A stretch of 64,000 bases of DNA from a bacterium. GTDB taxonomy: Bacteria; SM23-31; JAUVVT01. Below the pieces are notes generated by a model that had not been told where the DNA came from, did no database searches, and saw only the letters and a program-made list of their open reading frames with translations. The number at the start of each line of letters is the position of its first letter. The first letter of the stretch is position 1. Positions 49,299 to 59,761 of the stretch are shown here, in pieces. Made by a program: the position numbers and the translations under genes. The stretch covers positions 17,843 through 81,842 of the forward strand of contig JAUWXV010000001.1 of assembly GCA_030616165.1 (NCBI GenBank). The letters are read 5' to 3'.

Positions 49299-52076
49299 AT
49301 GAAATCAAGACTTTTAGCTTTAATTGCGATAAGTATTCTCAGTATGTTTATAATCAAAATATTAATTGCCCAAAGTTCTGAACCAACTGCAAAGATTAAA
49401 CTCGATTTTGTTACCTCGCATAAGATTGACGTTGATACGGCTTTGACATCCACAGGGAAAGCCTCAGGGCTGAATAATGTAGGTGTCGGTGAAACTGTTT
49501 ATCCGGTGGGTGTTGCTACCGGTACGAATATTACTTATCAGTGGTCTATTGATGGACCGACAGGTTCTTCAGCAACTTTAAGCAGTACTATCGAAGACAG
49601 TATACACTTTCAGCCGGACGTAGAAGGGATTTATATATTAACTCTCACGGTTACTGCTGATGAAGGAACAGCAACTTCCTCAATCAAGGTTCAGGCGGCG
49701 AAATATATAGGTGTTGGAAAAATTGATGGTCTTAAGTCTGAATTTCCTCAGTGTGGCATAGGATGCCATTATACTATTTATGACAAATGGATTCAAACAG
49801 GACATGCTACAGCATTCAGCAGGAAACTGGATGAAGAAGGCGGACATTTCGGTTCAAATTGTATAGATTGTCATTCAATAGGTTATAATACACTTACTAA
49901 TGCGGTTAATAATGGATTTGATGATATAGCAAGTAGCCTTGGATGGACCTTCCCTGATACCTTAAAATCGGGAAATTGGCAGAATATGATAAACAATTAT
50001 CCCTCACTTGCCCAGAGAGCAAATATACAATGTGAAAATTGCCATGGTCCAGGCAGCGGTCATAATTTTAAAGATGGTCCAATTGAAGAATCCGGTATCG
50101 GTAAGACCTATGAGCCTGGTATTTGTGCATATTGTCATGATGCTCCTACTCACCATGTGTATTTTCCTGAGTGGGAAAAAAGCGGTCATAATACAGTAGA
50201 TGATCACATGAATAGTTCATCATGTGCCAAATGCCATACAGGGAAGGGTTTTGTAATCCAAAATATAAGAGGTGAGGCATCTGAAGCACCTTATGTTGAG
50301 GGTGCGGCTGTTACTTGTGCAGCCTGTCATGACCCTCACGATGCTACAAATGAACATCAATTACGGAAAGTTTCGAATGTTACACTTAATGATGAAACAA
50401 CAGTGGTTTCTGAAGGAGGATTGGGAAAACTTTGTATGAACTGCCATCTTTCAAGAAGAGATGCAGAAGAATATGTAACTAAATATCATAGTCATTTTGG
50501 CCCTCATCACTCGAATCAAACAGATATGTTAGTTGGTGCAAATGCTATAGAGTTCGGGCTCTCCATGCCGGAGACTGGACATATCAAAGCAGTTGAAGAT
50601 GCTTGTGTCACATGTCACATGGCAGAACAGCCAAAAGAAAATAAAGATGAAGGTATATCCAAGGTTGGTTCGCATACTTTCAGTATGGTTAGCACCGTTG
50701 GAACTGATACAACTTACAATGTTGAGATATGTCAGGGCTGTCACGGCAGTGAAATTGAAAAATTTGAAGATGTAAAAGCATCTTCGGATTATGATGGTGA
50801 TGGCACGATAGAAGGAGCTGTAGCGGAAGTTGAAGGTTTAATGCATCAATTGGGAATGCTTCTTCCACCATTAGATGAGCCTGGAGTTTCTGTAGCTAAA
50901 GATTATACTCCTGTACAGCTTAAGGCTGCGTATAACTATGAATTCGTTGATGATGATGCAAGCCATGGAGTTCACAATACATCTTATACAGTTGCAATTT
51001 TGAAGGCTGCAATTCAGGCAATTTCTACTGGAGATATTGGAGCGGGCAGTATTATAGCAATTGATGATGTTCCTAACGACCAGGGGAAACAGGTACGAAT
51101 ACGTTGGAATCGTTTTTCGGGAGATGGAAAATTAGACAATCCTATTGGGAAGTACGGAATATGGCGGCGTATCGATGATATGAGTTTGGCAAAGAATGCT
51201 AATACTGTTTCATCTTATGAGGATATGTTCAATAGTCTGGAAAAAATTTCTGAAGGAAGTCAATTCGTGGTCACTGAAAGCGGAGAACTCTGGGATTTTG
51301 AAAAAGAAGTCTCTGCAGTCGGGGAAGACAAGTACAGCACAATTACTGCTACGCTTTTTGATTCTACAATTACAGATGGCATGCACTGGTCTGTTTTTTA
51401 CATTTCTGGTCATTCACTCGAAGGTGGATTAGTTGTGAAATCTGCTGTGGACAGTGGTTATTCAGTTGATAATTTGGCACCTGCAGTACCTGTTCTAAAG
51501 ATAGCATCAAAAACAGCCGGTATGGTTACTGTAGAATGGGATGCTCCTGTGGATGAGGACTTCAAATACTTCAATGTATATCGGGGAACAGAGCAGGGGT
51601 TTGACCCTGCGACTGTTGAGCCAATTTTGAGAAGGGTAGATGCTGAATTCACCGAAAATCTTTCTGCTGTTGGTGAAAAATATTATTACAGGATTAGTGC
51701 TGTGGATTTCAGTGGGAACGAATCAGGATTTTCACTGGAAATTTCTGAGGATAACGTAATAACCAGTCTTGAACTTGGTAATATCAGTAGTATCCCAGGA
51801 AAGTTCGCTCTGGAACAGAATTATCCGAACCCATTTAACCCGATAACACATATACGTTATCAACTGCCAAAAAGTACTAATGTCACTCTACATATATATG
51901 GTATCACCGGTAATCTGATTCGTACTCTTGTCAGCGAATACCAGCACCAAGGTTTTATAGAGGTTGAATGGAATGGAAAGGATGATTTTGGTAGCTCGGT
52001 AGCATCTGGAATTTATATTTATAGAATTACAGCAGGGAAGTTCTCGGATAGCAGAAAAATGATTCTCATAAAATAA
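49299..52076 (+). CDS. secreted nonahaem c-type cytochrome with beta-sandwich region and T9SS C-terminal sorting domain
   Basis: Signal peptide. Nine haem motifs (CGIGCH, CIDCH, CENCH, CAYCH, CAKCH, CAACH, CMNCH, CVTCH, CQGCH). C-terminus LEQNYPNPFNPITHIRYQLPKSTNVTLHIYGITGNLIRTLV...GIYIYRITAGKFSDSRKMILIK matches the Por/T9SS CTD consensus. AGGAGG RBS. Confidence 0.8.
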   Translation: MKSRLLALIAISILSMFIIKILIAQSSEPTAKIKLDFVTSHKIDVDTALTSTGKASGLNNVGVGETVYPVGVATGTNITYQWSIDGPTGSSATLSSTIEDSIHFQPDVEGIYILTLTVTADEGTATSSIKVQAAKYIGVGKIDGLKSEFPQCGIGCHYTIYDKWIQTGHATAFSRKLDEEGGHFGSNCIDCHSIGYNTLTNAVNNGFDDIASSLGWTFPDTLKSGNWQNMINNYPSLAQRANIQCENCHGPGSGHNFKDGPIEESGIGKTYEPGICAYCHDAPTHHVYFPEWEKSGHNTVDDHMNSSSCAKCHTGKGFVIQNIRGEASEAPYVEGAAVTCAACHDPHDATNEHQLRKVSNVTLNDETTVVSEGGLGKLCMNCHLSRRDAEEYVTKYHSHFGPHHSNQTDMLVGANAIEFGLSMPETGHIKAVEDACVTCHMAEQPKENKDEGISKVGSHTFSMVSTVGTDTTYNVEICQGCHGSEIEKFEDVKASSDYDGDGTIEGAVAEVEGLMHQLGMLLPPLDEPGVSVAKDYTPVQLKAAYNYEFVDDDASHGVHNTSYTVAILKAAIQAISTGDIGAGSIIAIDDVPNDQGKQVRIRWNRFSGDGKLDNPIGKYGIWRRIDDMSLAKNANTVSSYEDMFNSLEKISEGSQFVVTESGELWDFEKEVSAVGEDKYSTITATLFDSTITDGMHWSVFYISGHSLEGGLVVKSAVDSGYSVDNLAPAVPVLKIASKTAGMVTVEWDAPVDEDFKYFNVYRGTEQGFDPATVEPILRRVDAEFTENLSAVGEKYYYRISAVDFSGNESGFSLEISEDNVITSLELGNISSIPGKFALEQNYPNPFNPITHIRYQLPKSTNVTLHIYGITGNLIRTLVSEYQHQGFIEVEWNGKDDFGSSVASGIYIYRITAGKFSDSRKMILIK

Positions 52077-52127
52077 AAAGATCTTGAAAATTTTGCCATA
52101 ACATAATGAATAACAACAGTTTGTTAA

Positions 52128-52164
52128 AAAGAAAACAGTTCTTTGTGAGCTGTTTTCTTTTATT
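52128..52164 (+). terminator. Rho-independent terminator
   Basis: gaaaacag/ctgttttc 8-bp stem followed by TTTTATT. Confidence 0.5.
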
Positions 52165-52184
52165 AAGAAAGTAAAAATATCATA

Positions 52185-53288
52185 ATGAGTACGAATAAAT
52201 TACGAAAGTTATTACTGTGTATCTCATTAATAGGATTAGGAGCATTCTCATGCAGTGAGTTAGATATTAATAATCCTTTAACATATATAAATGATAAAAT
52301 ATCTTATGAAAAAGATATAAAACCTATTTTTGCGAATAGATGTATAGATTGTCATAGTGGAAGTTCGCCTGCAGGAAATTATAACCTTTCTTCCATATTA
52401 ACGATTATGGGGAACGGTACAGACTTGAAACCGAATGTAATTATCGGAAGTCCATATAGTCTTCTTCTGATGAAGATTATTATAGGGGACGATAACCACC
52501 GTGAGTGGATAGGCTCTGAAGAAAACACTCAAAAATTGTATAAATGGATAGTTGAGGATAGTTTGAGCATCAGTGAGCCGATTGTGCATCTTGCTGGACC
52601 TATGGATGTGGATTCACCAAATTTTCATGGACAGGATATTAGAAATAAAGCGTGGTCTATGGAATCATGTAAGCTCTGTCATGGAACTGACTATAATGGG
52701 GGTTCCTCAGAGGGTTCCTGTAACAAATGTCACGATCCAAACCCGGAGGAATGCACTACTTGTCATGGTTTTGGTATGCTTGATAATCATTTGGGAGCAC
52801 CACCTCCTGATCTGAGTAACAACATCGAGACTTCTTTTAGAGGAGTTGGCGCTCACACAATACACATGACAGAGGGCGATAATTCCGATGGTATTGAATG
52901 TGAATCCTGTCACATTGTTCCCCAAAATTTGTACGATGATGGTCATATTTTTTCTGAAGAGCCTGCAGAAGTTGTTTTTAGTTATCTTGCACATAATTTA
53001 GGAGCAGAACCAATCTGGGACACTGAAACCCTGACCTGTAAAGATGTTTACTGTCATGGAAATTTCCCTTCAGGAAACAAGGAGAATGCTCCAAAATGGA
53101 CTGGCTTTGATCCGAATCCACCGAGTTGTTCTCCTGCCTGCCACCAGTTTCCTCCTGTTGGTAAAACACGAACCGGTTTTAAACACTCTCCCAGTGTTTC
53201 TCAATGCTGGTACTGCCATTCCAATCTTGATAATAAATATAATTTTATTGATAAGTCAACTCATATTAATGGAATTATTGAAAGATGA
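52185..53288 (+). CDS. octahaem c-type cytochrome, probable lipoprotein (OmaB-like periplasmic component)
   Basis: Signal peptide ending GAFSC. Eight haem motifs including CxxxCH/CxxxxCH variants (CIDCH, CKLCH, CNKCH, CTTCH, CESCH, CKDVYCH, CSPACH, CWYCH). Confidence 0.7.
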   Translation: MSTNKLRKLLLCISLIGLGAFSCSELDINNPLTYINDKISYEKDIKPIFANRCIDCHSGSSPAGNYNLSSILTIMGNGTDLKPNVIIGSPYSLLLMKIIIGDDNHREWIGSEENTQKLYKWIVEDSLSISEPIVHLAGPMDVDSPNFHGQDIRNKAWSMESCKLCHGTDYNGGSSEGSCNKCHDPNPEECTTCHGFGMLDNHLGAPPPDLSNNIETSFRGVGAHTIHMTEGDNSDGIECESCHIVPQNLYDDGHIFSEEPAEVVFSYLAHNLGAEPIWDTETLTCKDVYCHGNFPSGNKENAPKWTGFDPNPPSCSPACHQFPPVGKTRTGFKHSPSVSQCWYCHSNLDNKYNFIDKSTHINGIIER

Positions 53289-54580
53289 ATAAACTCATAA
53301 GTGTTAAAATTATTTTGTTATATTTAATCTTTACAATTCTGCCATTATATGAGAATTATGGTCAGGTTATTACGGGAAGAGTGTCATCGTATATGTACAG
53401 CTGGCAAATTCAGGACCAACAGTCAGGTTCCTCTGAACATATTCGTTTGTATCAAACCCTTGTTATGAATGTTAAAAATGTTGGGAGCCCAAAAGTCTCT
53501 TTGCATACCAATATACGCTATACGAAGGACTTCATTAATGATAGCGATTACAATCACAATTGGAAATTTCAATATTTTTATGGACAGGTAAAAAAGGTTC
53601 TTCAAGTAGCAGATATTAAATTTGGTCGGCATTATGTATATTCTGGCGTTGGCAATGGTTCAATTGACGGGATTTCTACAAAGATAAAAGTAAAAGAAAT
53701 TGCTGATTTTGAATTTTATGGCGGAATGCCTGTTTCATGGTATCATGAAATAAAGGTCCAGAAATGGAACGAGAGTAGAATGTATGGATTACGAATACAG
53801 CCGAGAATGTTCTTGAATACATTGGTGAGTATAAGTTATGTTCAAAAAAAGATGAATCCCCTCCCTTATAAGATTCCTGGGAAGTTTACTTTCAAAAAAT
53901 GGGATATAACTTCTGATGCAGTGGAATTTGTTGGATTGGATTTCTATACTCAATGGTCTGAAAAAACGAGCGCGTATGGCCGCCTCGATTGGGATATGAC
54001 GTATGATGACATTTATCGGATAAATTTTTATTATAACAGGTCGCTCTTCAATAAATTTTCTCTCAGTGCTGAATACTACTATAGAAAACCGCGGATTTAT
54101 AATAATTCGATTTTTAGTGTGTTTGCTCAGCACGATAACCGAGAATACTGGTTTCGAATTTATTATAATATTAAAGAAAATCTGTCTGTATCCGGCGGAA
54201 CATCAATTGTTATTTATTCGGGAGATAAGGGATATCGACATAATGTAAGTATATATTCAAATCGTTTTAGTATTGGCTATAATCATACAAGCGGTTACAG
54301 CGGTAGATTGGATGGATTAACAGGAAGCGTTAATTATCCGATAAGAAATAATATATGGCTGAAGGGCGGTACAAATATTTCACGATACAAGCTGTTTGAA
54401 CATCTTGAAGACTTTGAAAATGTGTTAAGTACGTTTGCAGGAATTTCAATAATGCCCAAAAAAACTTGTACGCTGGATATCGAAGGGCAGGGATTACATA
54501 ATTATAATCACAGCAGTGATTTTCGGATACTTTTGAGAGCTAACTGCTGGTTTTCATTTGGTAAAATACGGAAAAATTAA
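53285..54580 (+). CDS. outer-membrane beta-barrel (porin-like) protein embedded between cytochrome genes
   Basis: Signal peptide. Dyad-repeat beta-strand pattern, aromatic girdle residues, no Cys/haem motifs. 4-bp overlap with the upstream cytochrome gene. Confidence 0.55.
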   Translation: MNKLISVKIILLYLIFTILPLYENYGQVITGRVSSYMYSWQIQDQQSGSSEHIRLYQTLVMNVKNVGSPKVSLHTNIRYTKDFINDSDYNHNWKFQYFYGQVKKVLQVADIKFGRHYVYSGVGNGSIDGISTKIKVKEIADFEFYGGMPVSWYHEIKVQKWNESRMYGLRIQPRMFLNTLVSISYVQKKMNPLPYKIPGKFTFKKWDITSDAVEFVGLDFYTQWSEKTSAYGRLDWDMTYDDIYRINFYYNRSLFNKFSLSAEYYYRKPRIYNNSIFSVFAQHDNREYWFRIYYNIKENLSVSGGTSIVIYSGDKGYRHNVSIYSNRFSIGYNHTSGYSGRLDGLTGSVNYPIRNNIWLKGGTNISRYKLFEHLEDFENVLSTFAGISIMPKKTCTLDIEGQGLHNYNHSSDFRILLRANCWFSFGKIRKN

Positions 54581-54592
54581 GGTGTTTATTAC

Positions 54593-55771
54593 ATGACACA
54601 TGTGAAAATAATCAAAACTGTTAAATGGGTTTTTTTCTTTTTTATTGTTTATTATGGAAGTTATTACTCTATAATTGCTGCTCAAAAAAATTCTATTATT
54701 TTTTCTCATAAACTGCATATCGAAGATATAGGAGCAGAATGTGTTGATTGTCATTCAACCATCCCGGAAAGTCAGGAAATGGATGATAAAAATCTACCAA
54801 AACATGAAGAATGCTTTATGTGTCATGATGATGATATAGCATCTCAAAAATGCGGTACTTGTCATTCTGATCCGGATAATCCCGAACCGTTGGAAAATCC
54901 AATTCGTGAATTTTATTTCAACCATGTATTTCATATCAAGGAACAAAATATGGAATGCGATAATTGTCATCAGGGATTGGAAAAAGTTGACTATGCACAG
55001 AAAGAAAATCTCCCGAGTATGGAACAATGTTATCAATGTCATGATGGTGTGACAGCATCGCAAAGATGTGAAGATTGTCATACACCTACAGCTCGCCTGA
55101 TTCCAATGACTCACACCCCTGACTGGAAATTAATTCATAAGCATTCATCAAATTTAATAGAATCAGAATGCATGACATGCCACCAAGAGAATTATTGTGA
55201 AGATTGTCATACGGGAACACGATTGCTGGAAATTGGAAATGAAGATAAAGACTATGTTAATCCCAACATTCCTTCGAGTGAAGGGAAAAAGAATATGGTT
55301 CTTCAAAGGGTGCATGAACTTAATTATCGTTACACACATGGAATTGATGCTAACGATAAAAAACTGAATTGTTCTTTTTGCCATCAAGAAACACAATTTT
55401 GCGTTAGATGTCATCAAGAAGAAGAAAAGATAAATATTTTAAAACCTTCCTGGCATTCAGGACCGGAATGGGGTGCTATTGTTGAAGCAGTGGGTTCAGG
55501 GGGAGGAAGGCATGCTCGGCTTGCCAGGAGAGACATTGAAAGATGTGCAGCCTGCCATGATTCACAGGGAGAAGACCCTGTTTGTCTTATGTGTCATAGA
55601 GATTTTCTTCCAGGAAGAGGAAATGATTTAAGAACACATTTTATAGGAATGTTTTCTGGGGCAGGAGAGGGAGCATGGCATGTTGATGAAGGTTCTATAT
55701 GTTTTAATTGCCATGTAAATTCTATGACACCCGGTGTGGGATTTTGCGGATACTGTCATAGCATCAAATGA
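54593..55771 (+). CDS. 14-haem c-type cytochrome (OmcB-like outer component)
   Basis: N-terminal signal/anchor; 14 CxxCH motifs in 392 aa. Confidence 0.8.
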   Translation: MTHVKIIKTVKWVFFFFIVYYGSYYSIIAAQKNSIIFSHKLHIEDIGAECVDCHSTIPESQEMDDKNLPKHEECFMCHDDDIASQKCGTCHSDPDNPEPLENPIREFYFNHVFHIKEQNMECDNCHQGLEKVDYAQKENLPSMEQCYQCHDGVTASQRCEDCHTPTARLIPMTHTPDWKLIHKHSSNLIESECMTCHQENYCEDCHTGTRLLEIGNEDKDYVNPNIPSSEGKKNMVLQRVHELNYRYTHGIDANDKKLNCSFCHQETQFCVRCHQEEEKINILKPSWHSGPEWGAIVEAVGSGGGRHARLARRDIERCAACHDSQGEDPVCLMCHRDFLPGRGNDLRTHFIGMFSGAGEGAWHVDEGSICFNCHVNSMTPGVGFCGYCHSIK

Positions 55772-55897
55772 TGACACACATTAGATAATGAAGATAATAT
55801 TATAGATTTTATAGGATTTATCATAAACGGCTCATTTGTAATTTATTTAAAAGGATTGTTTAATTGGGATAAATATAAAAAGTAAAGGAATAACATT

Positions 55898-57559
55898 ATG
55901 AAATTAAGCACCTCTAAATCAAAAAAGAAAGCAGATGCAGAAGATAGTCAAATTGAAATTTTTGGTAAAATGCTTACAGCAATAGAATATATTGAAAGAT
56001 GCCACGAATTTGCAAGTCTTATTCCTGAGGTAAGGAGTAATTTGGTTTATGCAAAACTAAATCCGCAGTCGCCTGAAGACGTTGCAGGGATTGATGGACG
56101 TATAACTGTAGTTAATGATAAGCCATATCCTGCAGGAAGACCTAAATTTGGTGCATCGAGCCATATGGCACGGCTTATAATCGAAATAAGAAAAATAGAT
56201 CCAAAAATTCGTGCAGGTATTAATTTTGTATGTAATCCTGAACTGGAAAAGTGGTTGGAGAATTACTGCAGAGAAAAAGGATGGATATTCAGTAAGATTG
56301 ACCGCTCAAAAGAGCCGGAAAAGGTTACAAAGAGAGAGGGAGCATCGATGCCCTGGAAGATAAACGAAGCTGTAAAATCTGCCGGCAATAAAGTACCGAA
56401 GATTTTTTATGAGACGGGAGCTGTAGGAAAAGAAGAAGTTGCGGTACTTATAGGAGAAGACCCGGTCGAGGTTGCAAAGGAAGTTTGTGAGATTGCAAGG
56501 TTATATATCCAGAGTCAACACCCAAAACCTAAAGTAGGTAAGGTGGATCTTGATACTTTTGAATCATTTATCCAACCCCGCCTTGGTAAAAAAGATAAGA
56601 CTGTTATTGTTCCGCCATTTACCGGGATTGATGCTGGTGTTATTGCTGTAGATGATAAAAAGGTACTAATCATTGCAGAAGACCCGATATTTTCTATACC
56701 AAAACAACCGTTAGAAATGTTCGGCTGGTATGCTGTTCACATTGGAGCAAGTGATGTTGCCGTGATGGGTGTCAAGCCGAGATATATGACATATACCCTT
56801 TTAATGCCGCCTGAAACACCCGAAAAACATTTCCGGAGTATTATCGAATCTATTCATAGAACAGCATCTGAACTCGAAATAGCAATAGTCGGAGGACATA
56901 CAGGATATTATCCCGGATTCGCGGCACCCACGATTGGAGGCATAACTGTATTTTCATTCGCCGATAAGCAGAGTTACGTCACTCCGGGTGGCGCAAAACC
57001 GGGTGACGATGTTATCCTTACAAAAGGTCCTGCGATAGAGACTGCGGGGATATTAGCGGTTCTACGTGAAAAAGAACTTCTTGAAAAATATCCTTCAACA
57101 CTTGTTGAAAAGGCAAAATCTCTTTGTAAACAAATGACCGTGGTAGAAGATGCCTTGACTGCAATGGAAGCAGGTGGTGTTACTGCAATGCATGATGCGA
57201 CTGAAGGGGGTGTTATGGGAGGACTCTTTGAAGTTGCGAATGCCAGTGGTGTCGGTATGGAAATTAATGAAAATTCTTTCATCTATCCTGAAGAGGTTAA
57301 AGTAGTCTGCGAAACATTCAACATTGACACGGTGAAAGCAATTGCTGAAGGTTCTCTGATTATCACTGCAAAATCAACTAATTCAAATCAGATAATACGC
57401 AAGTTGAAAGAAAGAGGTATTAATGCGTCTGTTATAGGTAAAGTTACCGGCAATCCTGATAAAAGGACGATAAAAAGACTTAACGGTAAAACTATTCCAT
57501 TAGCCATTCCTGAACAGGACCCATTCTGGCAAATTTTCTTTGAAAGCCTGGAGAGTTAA
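55898..57559 (+). CDS. PurM-like (AIR-synthase-related; ThiL/HypE/SelD superfamily) protein with an N-terminal uncharacterised domain
   Basis: C-terminal half contains FTGIDAGVIAVDDKKVLIIAEDP and GGHTGYYPG, MHDATEGG PurM-fold motifs. Confidence 0.5.
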   Translation: MKLSTSKSKKKADAEDSQIEIFGKMLTAIEYIERCHEFASLIPEVRSNLVYAKLNPQSPEDVAGIDGRITVVNDKPYPAGRPKFGASSHMARLIIEIRKIDPKIRAGINFVCNPELEKWLENYCREKGWIFSKIDRSKEPEKVTKREGASMPWKINEAVKSAGNKVPKIFYETGAVGKEEVAVLIGEDPVEVAKEVCEIARLYIQSQHPKPKVGKVDLDTFESFIQPRLGKKDKTVIVPPFTGIDAGVIAVDDKKVLIIAEDPIFSIPKQPLEMFGWYAVHIGASDVAVMGVKPRYMTYTLLMPPETPEKHFRSIIESIHRTASELEIAIVGGHTGYYPGFAAPTIGGITVFSFADKQSYVTPGGAKPGDDVILTKGPAIETAGILAVLREKELLEKYPSTLVEKAKSLCKQMTVVEDALTAMEAGGVTAMHDATEGGVMGGLFEVANASGVGMEINENSFIYPEEVKVVCETFNIDTVKAIAEGSLIITAKSTNSNQIIRKLKERGINASVIGKVTGNPDKRTIKRLNGKTIPLAIPEQDPFWQIFFESLES

Positions 57560-58084
57560 AGAAGTTGGCAGGCAGGCAAACAAGACTATTAAATTATAAT
57601 TGGTTTTATCTCATTGAAGCGGAAAAATAAATTTTGGGTCTTTCTGATTTTTTGTGATAATTAACTAATTTCATTTAAGAATTTTTTATTTATATAAAAT
57701 TCTAATACAATTTTCAAGATTTAAATTACCCTGATAATTTCCAATCCCCGCTTTAATATATAAAATTAACAATATTTGTCAAACAAAATCGAATTGAACA
57801 ATTAAGAGAGCAAATACAAGAATGTAAAAAACTACACCCTAATCCCAATCAATTTTTGCTGTTTGAAGGACAATAATTTTTTTTCCGGAGAAAATAATAC
57901 TTGACCTTCATTTTTAAAAAATTATATTATATGTTAAATTGTTGATGAATAACTTTATCAAATTATAACTATAGGTTCTTTTCATATTTACCTGAAGCAG
58001 TATTTTCATCGACTAAGTTCGAATAACTCGCGGAGTTTTTCTTCTCTGAAATTGTTTAATATTATTAAATATGGAGGTTTACAA

Positions 58085-59512
58085 ATGCATTTTTATTTTA
58101 AAGGAATTTGTGTTGAGTATATTTTTCTAATGGGATTCGCCTTTATTTTTTTCTTCGCTGGCTGTGAGCGCGGTGATGTGAGTGATACATCTCGGAGCAT
58201 AGAGGGGAAACAAGCCCTGCACCGCTTCATGGTTATGGACCCGGGACATTTCCATGCAGCCCTGGTATTTAATCGTCCGGGTTATGAAGGGGTCTCGTCC
58301 GATGTAGGGATTTATGCTCCTATTGGTGATGATTTTGTTGACCACATGAGCAGGGTAGTTCCTTTCAATACTCGGAAGGAGAATCCTGCCTCCTGGAACT
58401 ACCATATACGCCTTGGTCCTGACTATCAGGAACGCATGTTTGAGGAAAGATTCGGAGATGTGGTTGTTCTTTCTGGGCAAAATCAACTGAAGATCGATAG
58501 AATTTTGGCTTGCGTGCGCGCAGGTTTCAACGTGTTTTCAGACAAGCCCCTGGTCATCGATCCTGAGAAATTTAATACTTTGGAGTCAGCATTAAGTGAA
58601 GCCGAGAAGGCTGGGCTTATAGTCTTGGATTTTATGACTGAGCGATACGAAATCACATCTATTTTACAAAGGTTGATTGTAGCCGAGGAGTCCATTTTCG
58701 GAAAGATAACCAGCGGGACACCTGAAGACCCTGCTGTTATTAAGGAAAGTGTACACCATTTTTACAAACTCGTTGCAGGTCGTCCCAATAAAAGGCCATG
58801 GTGGTATTTTGATACCTCTGTTCAAGGAGAGGGTCTTGTAGATGTTACCACTCATTTGGTAGACCTGGCTTTCTGGATACTATATCCGGAGCGTCCTATC
58901 GACTACAAAAAGGATACGAAAGTGCTTTCCGCAAACCACTGGCCCACGCTCATTGATCCTCAACAGTTTGAAAAGGTAACCGGGTTTAGTGAATTCCCTC
59001 CGCAGTTCGAATTGAATAAACAGGGGAAATTTCCTTGTTACAGCAATGGAGAAATTGTCTTTCTTGTGGACGATGTCAATGTCAAGGTTAGTGTAGTGTG
59101 GAACTTCCAGGCACCAGAAGGTGGGGGAGACACTCACTACTCTATTATTAAAGGTACAAGGGCTAATGTTATTATACTTCAGGGAAAAGAACAGGGTTAC
59201 AAGCCCGAACTTTATTTGGAACCCGCATCAGGTACTGACTTTCAGGCATTGGGAACAGCGCTTACTTCATTTATCAACAATCTTGCCAGCGGTGAATATC
59301 CTGGACTTACAGTCTCAAAAGAAGGAAAATACTGGAAAATTGAAATTCCAGATCGATACCGTGTAGGACACGAGGCTCACTTCGGACAGGTGACCGATGC
59401 ATTCCTGGAGTATCTCGGAGGCAAACCCTTACCTCGATGGGAACAACCTAACATGCTTGCCAAATACTATGTTACTACTCGTGCACTTGAGATATGTAAG
59501 CAGGGAAATTAA
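58085..59512 (+). CDS. lipoprotein, putative NAD-binding oxidoreductase-like protein
   Basis: Start at ATG 58085 with a GGAGG RBS. Lipobox FFFAGC. LHRFMVMDPGHFHAALV motif. Confidence 0.4.
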   Translation: MHFYFKGICVEYIFLMGFAFIFFFAGCERGDVSDTSRSIEGKQALHRFMVMDPGHFHAALVFNRPGYEGVSSDVGIYAPIGDDFVDHMSRVVPFNTRKENPASWNYHIRLGPDYQERMFEERFGDVVVLSGQNQLKIDRILACVRAGFNVFSDKPLVIDPEKFNTLESALSEAEKAGLIVLDFMTERYEITSILQRLIVAEESIFGKITSGTPEDPAVIKESVHHFYKLVAGRPNKRPWWYFDTSVQGEGLVDVTTHLVDLAFWILYPERPIDYKKDTKVLSANHWPTLIDPQQFEKVTGFSEFPPQFELNKQGKFPCYSNGEIVFLVDDVNVKVSVVWNFQAPEGGGDTHYSIIKGTRANVIILQGKEQGYKPELYLEPASGTDFQALGTALTSFINNLASGEYPGLTVSKEGKYWKIEIPDRYRVGHEAHFGQVTDAFLEYLGGKPLPRWEQPNMLAKYYVTTRALEICKQGN

Positions 59513-59761
59513 AATCAACATACTGTTCCTTATTAACTGTCAGGTTATTAAATATGATAAAAGCCCTTTATGACCAACTTGTCGTAAAGGGCTTATTGCT
59601 TTCCGTTTCAATTTATAAAGTATTTCCCATATACTCCGAACAGTGCAATTTTTTAAAATTAATTTCTTTACACTATAATTGTATCTTTAAAGTGTGTTGA
59701 TGACAACACCAGCTCAAAGGGCAAGCACACAACATACTTTTCTTGGTTAGTGCGAAAGTGA

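Noticed and set aside
47626-55771. Assigning any multihaem cytochrome as NrfA-type nitrite reductase or HAO/octahaem tetrathionate reductase
   Set aside because: No CxxCK active-site haem motif and no Tyr-crosslink context. Motif spacing fits electron-transfer cytochromes. Catalytic assignment is not supportable from the sequence alone.
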